From: an uncultured Christensenellaceae bacterium
GTDB lineage: Bacteria > Bacillota > Clostridia > Christensenellales > UBA1242
Length of the DNA: 59,349 nucleotides
Direction of reading: 5' to 3'
Assembly (NCBI GenBank): GCA_910587225.1
Contig: CAJULT010000004.1
Coordinates: 1-59,349 of the forward strand
Each line of letters starts with the position of its first letter. The first letter of the stretch is position 1. Positions 27,101 through 42,100 of this stretch are shown here, piece after piece. A model generated the notes under the pieces. It was not told where the DNA came from and did not search any database. It was given only the letters and a program-made list of their open reading frames with translations. Both the position numbers and the translations under genes were made by a program.

Positions 27101-30100
27101 ACAGTTCGTGAATTTCCTTTCTGAGTCAATGTAAACTCAATTACTGGAATTTCTATTTCTTTTCCATCATTATCCGTTGTGATTGCAGTTATATAATTAT
27201 CTTGAGGTATCGCATTAATTTTATGCTCAATGTTATGAAGATATATTAATATTTTCCCATCACTATATTTATCATAATGCAATCCGAAGTTTTCGTCTCT
27301 CAATATGATTTCATGTTCTTTTGTATGACTGTAATCGACTTTAATGGCAGCCTTATTTGGATCAAATTGTTTATTCTCCGGAATAATTCTTAGCTCAAAT
27401 TTCAACGTTGCTCCTTGAGCTGAGAAACCCTGAATTCTCACCTCTGCGTCTTCGCAAGTAATAGTAAAATCTTGTAAATTCCACTCATTTGGATCATATG
27501 CAGGACAATCAAATTCTATCTCAGCTTGATAGCTTGTACCTTTTTCGAAATTCTCAAGAATGCTCTCTGCTGAACCATTAGTTAAATAATATGCTTCTCC
27601 CGCAATTTTGATATAGTTTTTACTCTCGTCCTGCTTAGAATTTGCGTTTGTTGAACCGATTATTTTTTTAAGAAGCTCCTCATTAGAGTTTGTTGTTTTT
27701 CCATATGTTGACTTGGCCAGATCTTGGTAATAACTGTCAGTTGTCCCACAATTCCAATTTTCATAGAAATCATATACATATTCCCAGCCTCCCCACAAAT
27801 CTCTCCACATGTTTGCATATAGAGTGCCATCATCATATCCACCGTTACCATTTGGAACTCTATCATGGCTTCCTATATCGCTATTTAACAAAGCTATGGC
27901 TGTTTGCAAATATCCACCAACTGGGCAACCATAGTTATCCCACGCCGTTGCATACATTTTATCTAAACCGCTATTATACTCATCAGTATTATATTTTTTA
28001 TGTGAAGGATAAGACCCGTTGACATGTTTTAGATCTTTATAATTAATTTCGAGATAAGAATACTGAGGACTAAAATATGTTTCATCTATTGTCTCTCGCA
28101 GTGCAGAATTCTCCATTAGATTCATCATTAGTAAATATTGTGACTGTAACATATGTTTAGTATAACTATGATGTGGCGCACCCCATGGCGCAGAATCAGC
28201 ATGCCAATTTCCGGTAGACATTCCCTTATTATACTCTGACAAATTGATTTTTCCTTCGTAAACCACTTTTCCATTAAGAAAAGCCGATCCATTGTTAATA
28301 ATATCGTAATTATAGTTGTAGTTGTTATAAACTTGTCCTTCTTGAACATATCCACAAATTCCACTAGCATAGACATTCTTTTTAGAAGTCTGTTCGATGA
28401 AAAATTTGTAACCACTTGTATCAAAATTGCGTTTTTCCTTTGCATCTTCATTTACGCCATTGTATATTGAATTGTTTTTGTAATATAATCCAGTTTTTTG
28501 AGTTATAGCGCCCCATCCCGTTGTTCCTAAGCCTTTTATTACTTTTGGGGAGTTTATGTTTTCTGAATAATCATAATCGTCAAAATAGTAGTCATAACTT
28601 AATTTTTGTTCAAACGTCCCATTCTGAGCAGCGGCTTCAACAGCCCCCTCGTTAATAGAATTTGAGATAGAACCGCCCTTATTTAATTGACCAACAATTC
28701 CGCCTGCGTATGACTGAGAAGTTACATTTTTATTGCCCGCCTTAATCATACCAGCGTTGTAGCAGTAGCTGATATTAAATTCGCTTTCATTTGCTCCATT
28801 AGCACCTAAAATACCACCGACTCTATTTGATCTCTTGGTTGTATCAGCATAACCTGCTAAAATAGCGTTAGTATTATATGAATATTTTATTTCAAATGGA
28901 TTAGTATTACCGCCTATATGTCCTATAAGTCCACCAACAGCTGTTATAGTAGTTCTTCCACCAAAAGTTATATTTTCTAGCACAATTGGAGCGTTGTTCA
29001 CACAATAGTTCATACTGCCGTTCGTTACGCTACCAACAATACCTCCGACACCACTAGCACTACTATTGGTTACGGTTATGGCCGTGTTATTTGTAATAGA
29101 AAAGAGGTTTACAATATGTCCATCTTTATTGTCGGAACTTCCTAACAATGCACCAACATTATATTCGAACTTATTGTCTGCATTATCGTTTCCAGTACCA
29201 TTTCCAACGTAACCATTGACTAAACTAGTTTTACCTAAAGTTCCACCCAATGTTATGTTGCTAAAATTGGTGTCTCCTCCCACTGTATTAGCTACAATTG
29301 CTGAGCCGTTCTCTATTTTAGCATCAAGGACATCGAAGTTGCGCAGGCCGCCGCTTACACTATGGAATAGAGTTGTATTTGCGTGATAAATTCTGTGTCC
29401 ATCACCATCTAAATCCCCACTAAATTGTTCACACGTTTTTTCGTTTGTTCCCAAATAATCTAGTTCTAAATCATTTGTGAGTAAGAAGTTTGATACTTGG
29501 TAACCATCAAACTTTTTATCACCCAATCGTGCATAAACTCCGGCATTTGGAATTCGATAATAATAGGCATCAATTCCGTCCGCAAGTATGAATCTCCCTG
29601 AAGTTAGATCTAATTCCGCTGCTAATTCGGACACTGGCACTTTATTATAGTCATAATATACAATTTCTTCACTTGGTTTATCTTGCTTGTCCCCACTAGT
29701 ATAATTCGTTGGGTTACCGTCTGAATCATGACAATATGTACTTCTTGCTTCGTCAATTTTATCCCGTTTCATATACGAAGTTTGGCGGAGATAGTAGAAG
29801 CCTTTATGTACTGGGTAACCGCTATTGAAAATAGGATTAGCTTCCCAATTATGAATATCGGTAGAGTCTTGCAACTTAATTATTTGATCAGTAGTCTTAT
29901 CAACTCCGCTATTATTGCTTGTATCTTTAGGAATGACCGCATAGCGATCATAGAAACCTGAAAATGTTGCATCATTAACTTTTTGATCACTGTCACAACT
30001 CCAGAATACAGAATTTGCGACTTGTGGAACTGCATTTTGATAATCGTTTGCATCAAGAGTTGTAGCTGTGTAGCAGTTGCGGACTGTTGCATTGATTGCA

Positions 30101-33100
30101 AATGCATCAAGCTGTGTATGTAAGTAACTCTTAACGCTACCCACAGCATAAGAGTTAGCAATAAGAACTTCCTTAACCCCTATCGTAATAGCTGCTGCCA
30201 TGCCGCCTGGACGCCTATCTTCCTGTGTCTCAGTATCCAAATTCCCAGATCTTGTTTCAATAGTCACATCGGTGTAGCAGTTGTTGATATAACCGCCTGC
30301 TGCATAACCGACAAGTCCGCCGATTTTGGCTTGAACAGTTCCACCAACTTCGATTTTGCCAGTTACGCCAACAGCGAATATTTGACCATTGGTCATCTGC
30401 TTTGCTAGCCCACCAACATACGAGCTAGTCGACCTTACATGCTCTTCAAGAATATTTGCATCTACTGTTAGTCCAGATACGCTTGAGAAATTTGTCATAT
30501 TTGAAATTAGATTTATCTCATGATTATCATTCTTATCTTCATTTTTATTTGTATAAGACAAAGTATTGGCATCACCTATAATTGCAACGTTATTGAGATT
30601 GCCAAACGACTTATTTTGATCAAGTGTAAAAGTGCCGTTATCAGTCTTTGGAATATAATAGGTAATTCCATTTGTAGAATGTTCTACCTTATCTTCAAAT
30701 GTGGTAAGTCCACTAGTTGTTATCTTGCTAGGGTTGAGCTTAGTGCCATCACCATTGTCATTTTCGTTAATATTGACAAGGTTTACGCCTTTAAACTTGC
30801 TTTGCATAGTAGTGTTAATATAGTAATCGCCATAACCAAAGCGGTCGCTTGTATTATATGCTGTTGCAAAGCCGGTATCGGTTGCGCAGTCGTCTGTAAG
30901 AAGGCAAACGCTATGGTTATAATAGTTAGTAGTTGGTATTCCTGTCCTGTTAACGCCAATAACCGCATTCATATTGTCAATGTTTGCCACTAAAGGTTTT
31001 TCATCGTGCAAAGTTGTAAGAATATAGTTCGTTGCAATAGATTTATTATTACTGTTGGTACTACTCCCCACCTCATTTGCAACTCCTTGCCCGATAAGAC
31101 CACCATAGCAGGAACCGTTGGCTAGTTGATTGTAAACAAACACATCACCATAGTTATAGTTCTTGGTAACTTCAGGAGTAATAGTAGAATTTGAAGATGT
31201 CCTTCCAATTGTTCCACCTATTGTCGCTTTTGGACTAGAAAGCACTTTAATTGCGCCGCTGAAGGAAGTATTTGAAATTGTAATTGTCTGATTGCTGTTA
31301 TCACCAATAGAAATATTTCCGACAATACCTGCCCCGTTGAAGTCTTTCGTACTCTGTGTATAAATTTGTCCACCAAAGCCAGACTCTGCCACATTAGACA
31401 TTCTAATTTCTAATTTTCCATTAATTGTTTCTGGTTGATTAGAGGTGCTTCCATCTTTGTTATAATCTGCGATCTCATAATTCCCTACAAAGCCACCTGC
31501 ATTGATTACCTTAGTGTCATCTTTAGCCGTCTTAGCTTTTGTTTTTGTAGTGGTTGTTGATGTGTAATCACCAACGCTTATAATTCCTTTGTATTTAATA
31601 TCGCCATTAATAGTTAAACTATTTGAGGCTCTACCTACAAGACCGCCGACATTAATATCGCCACTTGCCGCAACAACTATATCTCCAGTTGATATAATGT
31701 TGTTATTCTCGCCTGAAGTGCTAATAGTTGTATTTGCAGTGGTGTCGCCGAAATAGCTTCCAGCGTAGACCGTTGTTGCTGTGAGTGGGTAGAAAGTATA
31801 TCCTGCATCCTCTCTTGAGAGTGCACCATTACCTTTCTTGCCTGCTTCAGCAAGTTTGTTTTTGCCGTCGCTTTTTGTCTCCCAGCCACTAGTAGATAGC
31901 TCAGCTTGAATATTGTTGAGTGAGAACTCGACTGAGTTCTCTCCTGCAATTCCGCCCAAGCATGCGTCGCCTTTGACGGGATTTTGCACTCGGACATTAG
32001 TTGAGAACACATTACCTTTTGCGCCAGAAAGATTTTGCGCACCACCGGCATTGCCTCCTAGTTGACCGAAGAAGCCACCCGCATAAAGCTTCCCATTAAT
32101 TGTAGAAGAGATTGCGAAGTCAAAGTCAGCATGCGCCTCACTGCTAACAGCAATAGAATCAAGAGCTTTTACATTGCCAACATAACCGCCTATATAGGTA
32201 TTTGATGATTCACTGCCGTCAATTGAGTATTTTGCCTTAAAGGCTTTTGTTGGATCAGACTGACTTGTTCCATTTTTAAACTCATCTAACTGAAGTCTAA
32301 TTTCAGCGGTAGCATCATCATCTCTCTGTAATAAACCAAAGTATCCACCTACATATTGAGCTTCTTTATCAGTTGATGTTACTTTAATAAATGCACCATC
32401 ATCAGCAGCTTCGGTTCTTGTAACATCGATTCCATAAAGAACCATTGTTCCATCGCTTCTTCTTTGAGCTGCAGTTCCGCTTACAAGACCTACATTTGTT
32501 GCATTTTGTGCAGTTAAAATAGCATTTGGGGCATCCCCTGTATATTTAATGTGAAGACCTGAAATAGATACGGACTCAATTGTTGGAGCAAGTAATCCCA
32601 CATTTGCCCCTTTTCCACCGCTGCCTTGAAGCTGAATTCCGTCCGCGATTTCGAAAGTCACTTCTGATACGCGTCCTTGCGAATACGACTCATTGATTAA
32701 AGCACCCGCATTGTTTGCTTGCCCAAAGAGGTCTGCCTTAGAACCACTGCCTTGTTTTTCAAATAAGAAAGTCACATTAGAAATATTAACACTATTTGCT
32801 TGGCTGATTAGCGGTCTATCGAGGATAACGCGAGGATAACGCTCGCCATTTACTTTATTATCTTCTAATACACCAACAATCTTTCCTGCAAATTTTTCAA
32901 TTGGGTCGTGACCTTCTTGTGCGAGGTATTTTGCAAGGTTAATATCTGAATAACCGTCAATTACTTCGTCGATCTTACCTCTTACACGAATTTCGATTTT
33001 TGGATTCTTCTTAACTGCGCGGAACACCTTTTCAATGCTTGATGAATAAGCATCAAGGTAAATATATGAATTAGCTGCAATTGAGAATCTAATACTTGGA

Positions 33101-36100
33101 TAAAGGTACTCGCTAGGATGATACCAGTCATCTGCAAGCCAGAAGTCTCTTGCGAGGAAGGCTGCGTGGGTCAGTTCACTGTACTCACTAGCCTGTTTGA
33201 ACTCGGTAATGTCTGGCATATCAAAAGTTTGATGTATACCTTGTTTTTTCACAGTCCCGCTTTCTGCAGGGAACATTAAAATGTTCTCCTCTGTCGATTT
33301 ATATTTCTTAACAGTACCAACAGTTGATTGCCATGCTTCGTTGTCTGCTGCTCTAGTAGTGGTTTCATCAGAGCTCTTTTCTTTAATTTGAGTAAATACT
33401 GCAAGATCTACATCATCAAGTGAGCCGACAACAGAGTAAACTTTTAAATTTGTAAATGTATCTTTAGTAACATTTTCCAGTCTTCCCCCCTTCTCGTAAT
33501 CAGTGAAGGAGAAGAAGTTTGCTTGGTTTACAGCTTCAAAGGCTGTTCTACTTTCCATTCGCCCTACTATACCGCCTGCGGCGCCTACGGCAGTTTTTGC
33601 GCGAACATCACCAGTTGCATAAACCTCATGCAAGCGTAGATAGCTTACAGCGCTTTCGCCCGCGCTATAAGGCACAGCGCCTGATGCGTTAATATGTCCA
33701 ATAAGCCCGCCAGCATAACCTGCGCTTAAACTTACTACATTGAGTTTAGAGTAGGAAATTGAAATATGACCGCTCCCCACAAAACCAACGAGTCCGCCGA
33801 TAGCTTCCTGTTTGTCATTTAAGTCGGTGCTTACAAATATGTCAGTATTGCCACGCTTATCAGCACTGCCAGAATAGTAATTTCCGATATTGTTTTCTAT
33901 ATCCTTTTGAGTTGTCGCGTCATATTGACTAAACAGTTGAGTAAGCGCACCAAAAGACTGACCGATTACACCACCAGCATAAAGTCTAGTAGCGGTAATA
34001 TGTGAAGTTGTAGTACCTAAAAGAATAAGTCCTGCATCCTTAACATCAGTTTGGAAGCCGGTAAGACCAACTACGCCACCAGCCACATGACCGCGAACAG
34101 TTGCCGTTCCGCTCACGCGAAGTTTAGTAATGTCATAGTTTGAAACTTTCATTTCGCTAACATAACTGAAGTAATGAATGTCCACTTCCTCAGAGGTAAA
34201 GATATCTGCATATCCAATTACGCCGCCTGCGAAAGAGTGGTCTTCCAATTGACCTCTTATGAAGTTTTTGTCGCTAGCAGTAATGATTGAAGATTTTAGT
34301 CTTGAATAGAGGCTTTCTCTAAGCTTGCCTACTTGAGCTTCACTTATGAGCTTAGTAGCATCTCCAACAACATATCTTGCGGCTACAACATTAGGGTTTG
34401 TAACTTCATCATTTTTGATTTTCACATCGCCAAGCACACCACCCACAAGTCCGCCGACCATGTTAAGACCGACAACACTTGCGTTGTCGTTAAAGGATAC
34501 ATTAATGTTAGCAAGGCTTGCCCTTCTGCCGCCATTTTCGCTATTGCCTTTGACAAAGCCAGCAAGAGCGCCAACGAAGCATGCCTCGTTGTTTACAACT
34601 TGCTTAACTGTAAGGTTAAGATTAAGTACGATACCATTTTCGATAGAAGCGAACACGCCATATGCCGCCGCCAAATCTTTATTTATCTCTTCGTCTGGAA
34701 GTGAAATAGAAATATCTTTAAAGGTGAAGCCGTTGCCGAAGAGTATACCGCTAAACGCCTTCTTAGAAGAAGGTAGTTGAGCAGTCAAAGTAGTATCAGA
34801 GGTAAGCTCAGAGAACTCAAGGTCATTAACTACACGATAAGTGCCTTTGATTTCATCATCGGTAAAGTTACCATCTTTGATTGAGTTAAACTGGCTATTA
34901 CCTGTTACGTCAGTAAATTCTAACGCAGTTCTTATAAGTATTGGGTTATCTTTCGAGCCATATCTTGCTTCAATCGGTTTCCTATTGCCATATTCAATAA
35001 TAGAAGGCAGCACAGTATATTTCTCTTCATCATTTGCGTCAGATTTATAGTAACGATTTGCATAAGTTTCATAGTTAGGCTCTACAAGTGTGATTATCTT
35101 GTTTCCAAGATCATATCTCCAAACACCATCAAGTCCGCTATCGCCACTGGCAAATGAGAAGCCGTAGAAATAGTTAACATCGTCAAGCTCTTTAAGTTGT
35201 ATAGCGCCAGTTGAATATTGCTCTTCGGTTGGAAGTGAGTCTGACATATCATCGATACTATAATAATAGCAGTTTGTATATGTACCAATCGTTGAGGTTA
35301 AATCACCACGCTCGTTAAGTCCAGAGAAGTTCATCTGTGAATATTTTAAAGCAGCAACTTGTGAAAGAGATAGACAGTTTGTTAGCGCGCCGTCGTTGAT
35401 GTACACGAAACCAGATGCAAGCTGAGAGCTTTGTCCTATTTCATCATTTGCAATTAAGATATTTGAATAACAATCCTTAATGGTTTTACCTTGTTTGTTT
35501 TCGTAGACGAAACCAACTGAAGTTCCCATTTTTGAAATTATTGAAGAGCCAAGTCTGCAATATGCATCCTTAGGATTAAGTTCCTTAGCGCCCTCAACGT
35601 AGCTAGCAACTATAGTACCATTGTTGCTGCCTACAAAACCAGCTGCATAGTAAGCAGAGTCGCTCGACACATTGCTTATACCCACATTCTTAACAAAGCT
35701 TGACGCAATGTTTTTGCCGTTTGCAAGCGCAAAGCCGGCAATATTGCCTTGTCCATGAATGTTAAAGGTAGGAAGCGAAAGGTCAGAAGCTTTAACTCTT
35801 CCTGTTGGATTTCCTTCTTCATCTTTTTCAACTTGACCATAGATTTTGATTGAATCTCCGCCCACACGGCTGTTTGTAACAGAGCCCGAGTTGTCAAGTA
35901 CAAAACCTGCAATTTCGCTTTGGATAGATGTCCCTATAATCGAAGTTTCGCCACTTGCACCATTGCTATTTACAAATCTTACATTAATGCCTGGCTTTGC
36001 AACTGTAATATCATTCTCGTTTGGCTTAAATGCTACAACTTCGCAGTTGGTAATCACACCCTCGTTCGAAATTGCAAAACCAGCAACGCGGATGCTCATA

Positions 36101-39100
36101 GTAGGGAATTTAGAAGTATTAATAGTTATCTGTCCTGCGTGATAGATGTTTACGCGAACGTTTTTGATTGTAGTATGCTCAAACACTTTGTTAAATAGTG
36201 CCAGAGTCACACTGCTTGAATTTGAATAATCTTTGAAAGATTTGATATTGATTGTGTATCCGTTTCCGTCAAAGCTGTCGATATATTGTGTGCTGATTGG
36301 GTCGTAATTTTCAAGGTCAATATCATTCATAAGAATGTAGTCTTGTTTTCTAAGGTTAGGCTCTTTCATTGCTTCAAAACGTGCTTGGTCTTGAACAATA
36401 AGTGGAGCTTCCTCAGTTGAATATGCCGCAACCTGAACAGAGAAGTAATAGTCACTTTCAAATACCTCTCCGCCAGCATAAACATTGCTTGAAAGTTTAA
36501 ATCTAAGCGGCTCGGATGTAAGTTTAGTTCCTGAAATAAGAATTGACTTTCCTTCATTGTCTACTGTTATCTTCAAATATCCGCCATAAGTAAAGCTTGA
36601 AGTGCCCTTTCCAGTTTCAATAGCTGGAAGACTTCGCCAGTTGTCATCTACTGTAGAGTAGTAAGACAGTCTTGAGTACAATGATCTTGCTGTATACTTT
36701 TTATCATCTGGTTCTCTATCATTATAGTTATAGTTAATATAGAACTTATTATCATTATCTATATAACTATCTTTACTGCGGAAGTCTTCAATGGCGTCTT
36801 TAATTTCTTTTACCGCATTTAAGCTTTCAGCATCGTTTGCGTCATAAGTATAACTTTCCGGTCTAATCGGTGTATCAAATTGAAGCGGTCTATTTACATC
36901 AAGGTATGCAGTAAAGATGTCATCCTCACCATCTCTTACCTTTACGTTTTTAATGTCAGGGTTGAACTTAACTAGACTTACCACCGCTGTTGCCGTTTTG
37001 GATTCTGCCGTGCCGTTAAGCACTCTTCTAGTTGTAATTGATAATTCAAACTTACCGCCCGCAGCCTGCGCAAGTACGGTTGCTCTCAATTTAGAAGTGT
37101 ATGTTTTAAGTCCGTTATTTGGGTTAACTTCTTCAAACCAGGTTGGCTCACCCGCATCGTTTCCGATTGTGATACCTCTAAGCGCACCAGTCTTAGTAAC
37201 CGTGTTGATATCAACATCATACTCGCTTGGTACGATAACTTGAATTTCGGCCTCTTCTCCATTGGCAAGCATTGCGGTTGAAGAGCCGTTTACAAGTATG
37301 CGAGGCTGAGTGAAATAACTTACAAGAAGTGGGAAGCTTGCCTTCTTAACTGCATCAGTTTGACTGCTGTCAAAGAAGGAAAGATTGAACTTAATTAAAA
37401 GGTCGGTCGGATTGTTTGGATCACTGGTTATATCCTTATTAATGAATATCTTGAAATAAAGATCTTCACTGTGATTATTGTTGCGAACTCTTATTCCATT
37501 CGGCTCTCTGCTTACTGTCGCTTTGCTGTCCGAATAGAAGTATCCTTTCTCTTCATCATATTGCATAAAATCTATAGCCACGGCTGTAGCTACCGTTGTG
37601 TTATCAAGGTATGTAAGAGTGAACGAGTCATAGTAAGCATATTTAGGGCTAACATGAACTTTCAATATACTACTGCTGCCCGGTGCAAGCACGCTAATCT
37701 TTGAGGTTTGGTCAGCCACATATACTGTGCGATACTTGCCTTCAATAGTAGTGTTTGCGACATAGGAATTTTCAATTTTAAAGTTTTCAAAGTCAACGTC
37801 TTTAAAGTCTTGCTTGTTTACGGTAAGGTTAATTGCATTGCTTGATACTTCTGAATCTGAAACAAGCTTAATGCGATATTCTTCCATCTTTGAAACAAGC
37901 GCTTTGTGAGCTTCTGCAACTGAAAAGGTGATTGAATATTCTTTTGTATACTTGCCGCCTACTAGCGAGCCTGCTTCGCCGCCGTTTTTGACATACTCTA
38001 AAACTGGTTCGTTGTTAAGATATACATATCCGCCTTCCACTTTAAGCTCGTCATAGCTGTCGCCATTTTTAAGCTCAACAACAGGTGTGATTGTATCATC
38101 TTTATCAGTTGTCACTAAGGTTGCATTTATAGTAACCGAAGTCATAGGAGTAATAGAAACATTCTCATGAGAAGCACCAACCGTAAGCGCTCCATTGAAA
38201 ACATTGATATTGTACTTCAACGTAAACTTTTCTGAAATGGCATTTTTGTATTCGCCAACAAGACCTGTAATTTCTACTGTTGCTGTGATTGAGTTATTTT
38301 CACTAGTGTCCGCCGAACTTTTAAATGAGTGAATATTGCGAGCAATCTCACTATGAGCAATTGCATTTGTATCTGTATCAGTTTTTACGCCAGTATGCGA
38401 CAAAGTGTAATCATTTGTAAGAAGAGTATATCTCCCCCCGCGAGTGCCAAGCACAATTGCAGCGTTTTCAAAGCTGTAAGTTACGCTCATGCTTTTGCCG
38501 CGTTGAAGCTGCGCAGTTGCACCACCCGCAATATTTACGCTACCACTAGCCACACTGCGAGTTGCAATTAATTTAGATAATGCGTTTACAACTTGCACCT
38601 CAATTGTCTTGGTGTTTGTGTAGTCATATTTAGATGAAAGAGTAAAGGTAGCTGAGCCCGTTCTGTTAATTATCACATTGTTACCATTTACGCTCACCGC
38701 ATTGTTTTTTGAAACTGCGGTAATAACAAGCTTAGCAGCAGCCTTATCATCAATGCCTAACAAGTCTTTAAGGTTGATTATATTCAAGCCGTCAAGCTCT
38801 CTTGCCGCCTGCGGATCATTTTGCTGCATAACATACTTATCAAGGTCAGAAACCTGATAGAAGAAGAGAACGCCATTTTCTTCACCCTCTGCCCTAACCG
38901 CATGGTAAAGTCCGCGATTATTTACAACCTCGCCTTTGTCGCCGCCAAGCATATATCCGCTAACATCACTTAGAGGTAACTCTTGGTGGAAGTCTTTGAG
39001 ATAAGGTTTTTTAAAGTTGATTGATTCGTCAAAGTCATCGCCTTTTGAAACCCATGAATTGTCAAAAGCTTCTTCGGAGTCCGTTTGCGTTCCTTCATGA

Positions 39101-42100
39101 TTAAATCTTACGCTTTCAATTGCCCCTGAATTATAGAATGTTAGGTATCCATTTTTCAAAATCACATTTTCATTATGCGCACCAACAACCGTAGGTTTAT
39201 TTACAACCGCAAAAGAATTTGTAATTACAAGGTTGCCCGTGTCACTATTTTTACCTACAAAACCTATAAGCGCACCTGCATTACTTGAACCTGTAATATG
39301 TGATTTGCCTTCCGTCATAGCGTAATCATAAGCGTATATGTTTTTAATTGATACTGGATTAGTTGAATTTACTTGTATCATTCCAACCACGCCGCCAACA
39401 TAAGTGCCAGTTAATGTGTTTGCTTCATCCTCAAAATTGTAAATCTCAAAGCGAGCACCATCAATTGAGCCACTATCCATTTGACCAACTATACCGCCGA
39501 CATCACTACTACCATTTATTGTTGCACCAAGCACTGCAACATTTTTAAGTGTGCCGCTGTTCTGCCCAACAATACCACCAGCAACGCCAGTAGCAGTAAG
39601 TGTGCTCGAAGAGTATGTGCCATTATTTACATAAACATCAACTGTTACATTTTCAATTGTTCCGCTATTAGTGTTTGCGACAAAGCCTTTGCCTGTTACA
39701 TTTCCTGCAATAGTTAAGTCTTTGATTTTACCTTTGTTTTCGTTTACAAGTGTTTGTCCAGTCAGCGTAATCGTTACGCTTAGGTCATTTCCAATAATTC
39801 CGCCAGTTGCGCCAATTTCTGCAAAACTTGTCCAGTTATTTAGAGTAATATTGTTCATTACTCGGTAGAAATTGTTTGTTCCACGTGTTGCAATTTCTCT
39901 AAACTGCTCATCAGTATAAATGCGGTATGCCTGCTCTTCCTTTGCACCGTCAGCAACAACCACCTTGATTTTAACCAAAACATCTTTAAATTCAACCTTG
40001 TTTCCAGCACTATAGAAATAGCCTTTATCAACTAAAATATCATAGTAGAGTGCAAGATCGTTTCGGTTAAAGCTATCTGTTTTCTGTTGTTTGTTTTCAT
40101 CATAGTAGTAATAAATTTTCCCATTATTTACAGCGTCCTTCGGGAAGAGATATAGGTAGCCATTCATACCACTTGTTGCAGCTAAGGTAACCTGCGCTCC
40201 GCCTTCAACCTCAGTAGCTGCAAACGGCTCTTTTTCTTGAAGTGCGCCTTTATCGTCTGTTGCGATATAGTCAATATGGGTATTTTTAGCGTCAGCAGGA
40301 GATGAGGTAAGAACGATTATTTGATTTTTTGTTTCACTACCTATTTCAAAGTACAAATCTTCATTTGCACCGTGCTCCCAAACAAGCTTTTCAATTCTTT
40401 TCGCGCTGATAACTTTTACAGAAAGTATTTCGCTAAGATAAATATTGTCGACCTTGTCAGTATTGTGATAAGCAATAGTTAGATAATTGTCTGTGATGAA
40501 AGCTTCACCATAAGTATCAATACCTGTGATAATAAATGAGATTGCTGTATTATTGGCATTTGGCTTAACATCGGTGATTGAGTAGTAAGGTAAATTCACT
40601 TCACCACCGTCATTATTTGTCCAAACAACCACATGATTGCTTACCTTTCCTATAACACTTGGTCCTAAACGGTTTGAATAAAATGTAAAGTCCTCAAGCT
40701 TAAAATCTGAAATTGGTGTTCTGCCAAGTGTGATAGTCACGACCTGTGAAGTTTGTGAGCTGTCGTCAACAGAACCTCTTGCATAAACCTCCACTCTTGG
40801 AGTACTTATTGTGAAACTAGTTGGCGCTTCATAGACTTCTACCAAAATAAATCTAACATAGGTCACTTTTTCCCCGTCAGCACCAAGACCAGTGAATTTA
40901 ACTATAAGATAGGTCTTTCCAACTTTCCTAGCCGTAAATCCATCAGTGGTAGCAGAAATTATTCCGCTTGCATCCTCTGAGTTTTTATAAATGGTGCGAA
41001 GGTCTATAACGTCTAAATTAGCGTCATCTATGTCATAGTACGCAAATGAAAGTTTAGCTTCTGCATGCTTGCCAAATTTCTCATTAGTGATAAAATCTAA
41101 TGCAACGAATCCGCCATTCCTTACAAGAAGATCTGAAACGCTACTTGTAGCATCACCTTTTTCGATTAATTCTCCATTGCTATCTAAGTAAATTTTATTA
41201 GTACTATCTGGAGTATTTGTAACGCTATTATTAAGTACAGTATCCACACCCACCCTTGCGTCTGTAAGAGGAAGGAAGATAGAAACGGCATAAAACTTCT
41301 CAAATGTCAGCCCATTCTTATGTCTAATAGTATAAAATCCGTCAATTGTTTCCCCAATCGCACTGTCAAGTAATTTAAACTCAACACTAAATTTAACTGT
41401 TGGCAACTGACCATTGTCCCCAGCAGCAAAACTTACAGGAATTATTTCTCCTATTGAGTAACCTTCAGGTTCAACCTCATTCCCATTTTTGTCCACAGCA
41501 ACAACTTCAAGACCGTTGATAGTAGATTGACCTTTAAGAGTAAAGGTTTTTGTTACGCTGGTTGGAGTTTGATGTGATGCAAGTTTGACATCGCCAGTCT
41601 CACCTTGTTCCATCTCAATATCCATACTTGTAGTTGAACGATAAACGTCTACCTTAAAGGTTTCTCTTACATCTTCATTATCATATGAAATAAAGGTAAC
41701 ATCAATTCCCTTAATAAATTGTTGAAGCGCGCTGTCCGCCTTTATATAAATAGTCTGTCCTGAAGGTAGTAAATCTTCACTTGTTGTAGTAAAGATTCCA
41801 TCTTCTGATTTTGTTAATGAAACTTCAACCGGTTTATTACCTTTGCGGTATTGGAATGAAAGTATGTTATTTTCCGGCTTAGCACTACTAGAAGTGTAGT
41901 TCACAATAATTTTATATTTACCTGAAGCGTTCTCAACATTATTCGGTCCGAATTTGACAGTATATTCGGCGCCTAAATTATTCTTGTAGGAAGTATAAAT
42001 TTCATTATTAGCTACAGAGGCAAGCGCCCCGTTTTCGTTGCGCACTTCAATCTCATCAACCATAAGTCCGCAAATGACATTAAATTCTACCGAGCTTGCC

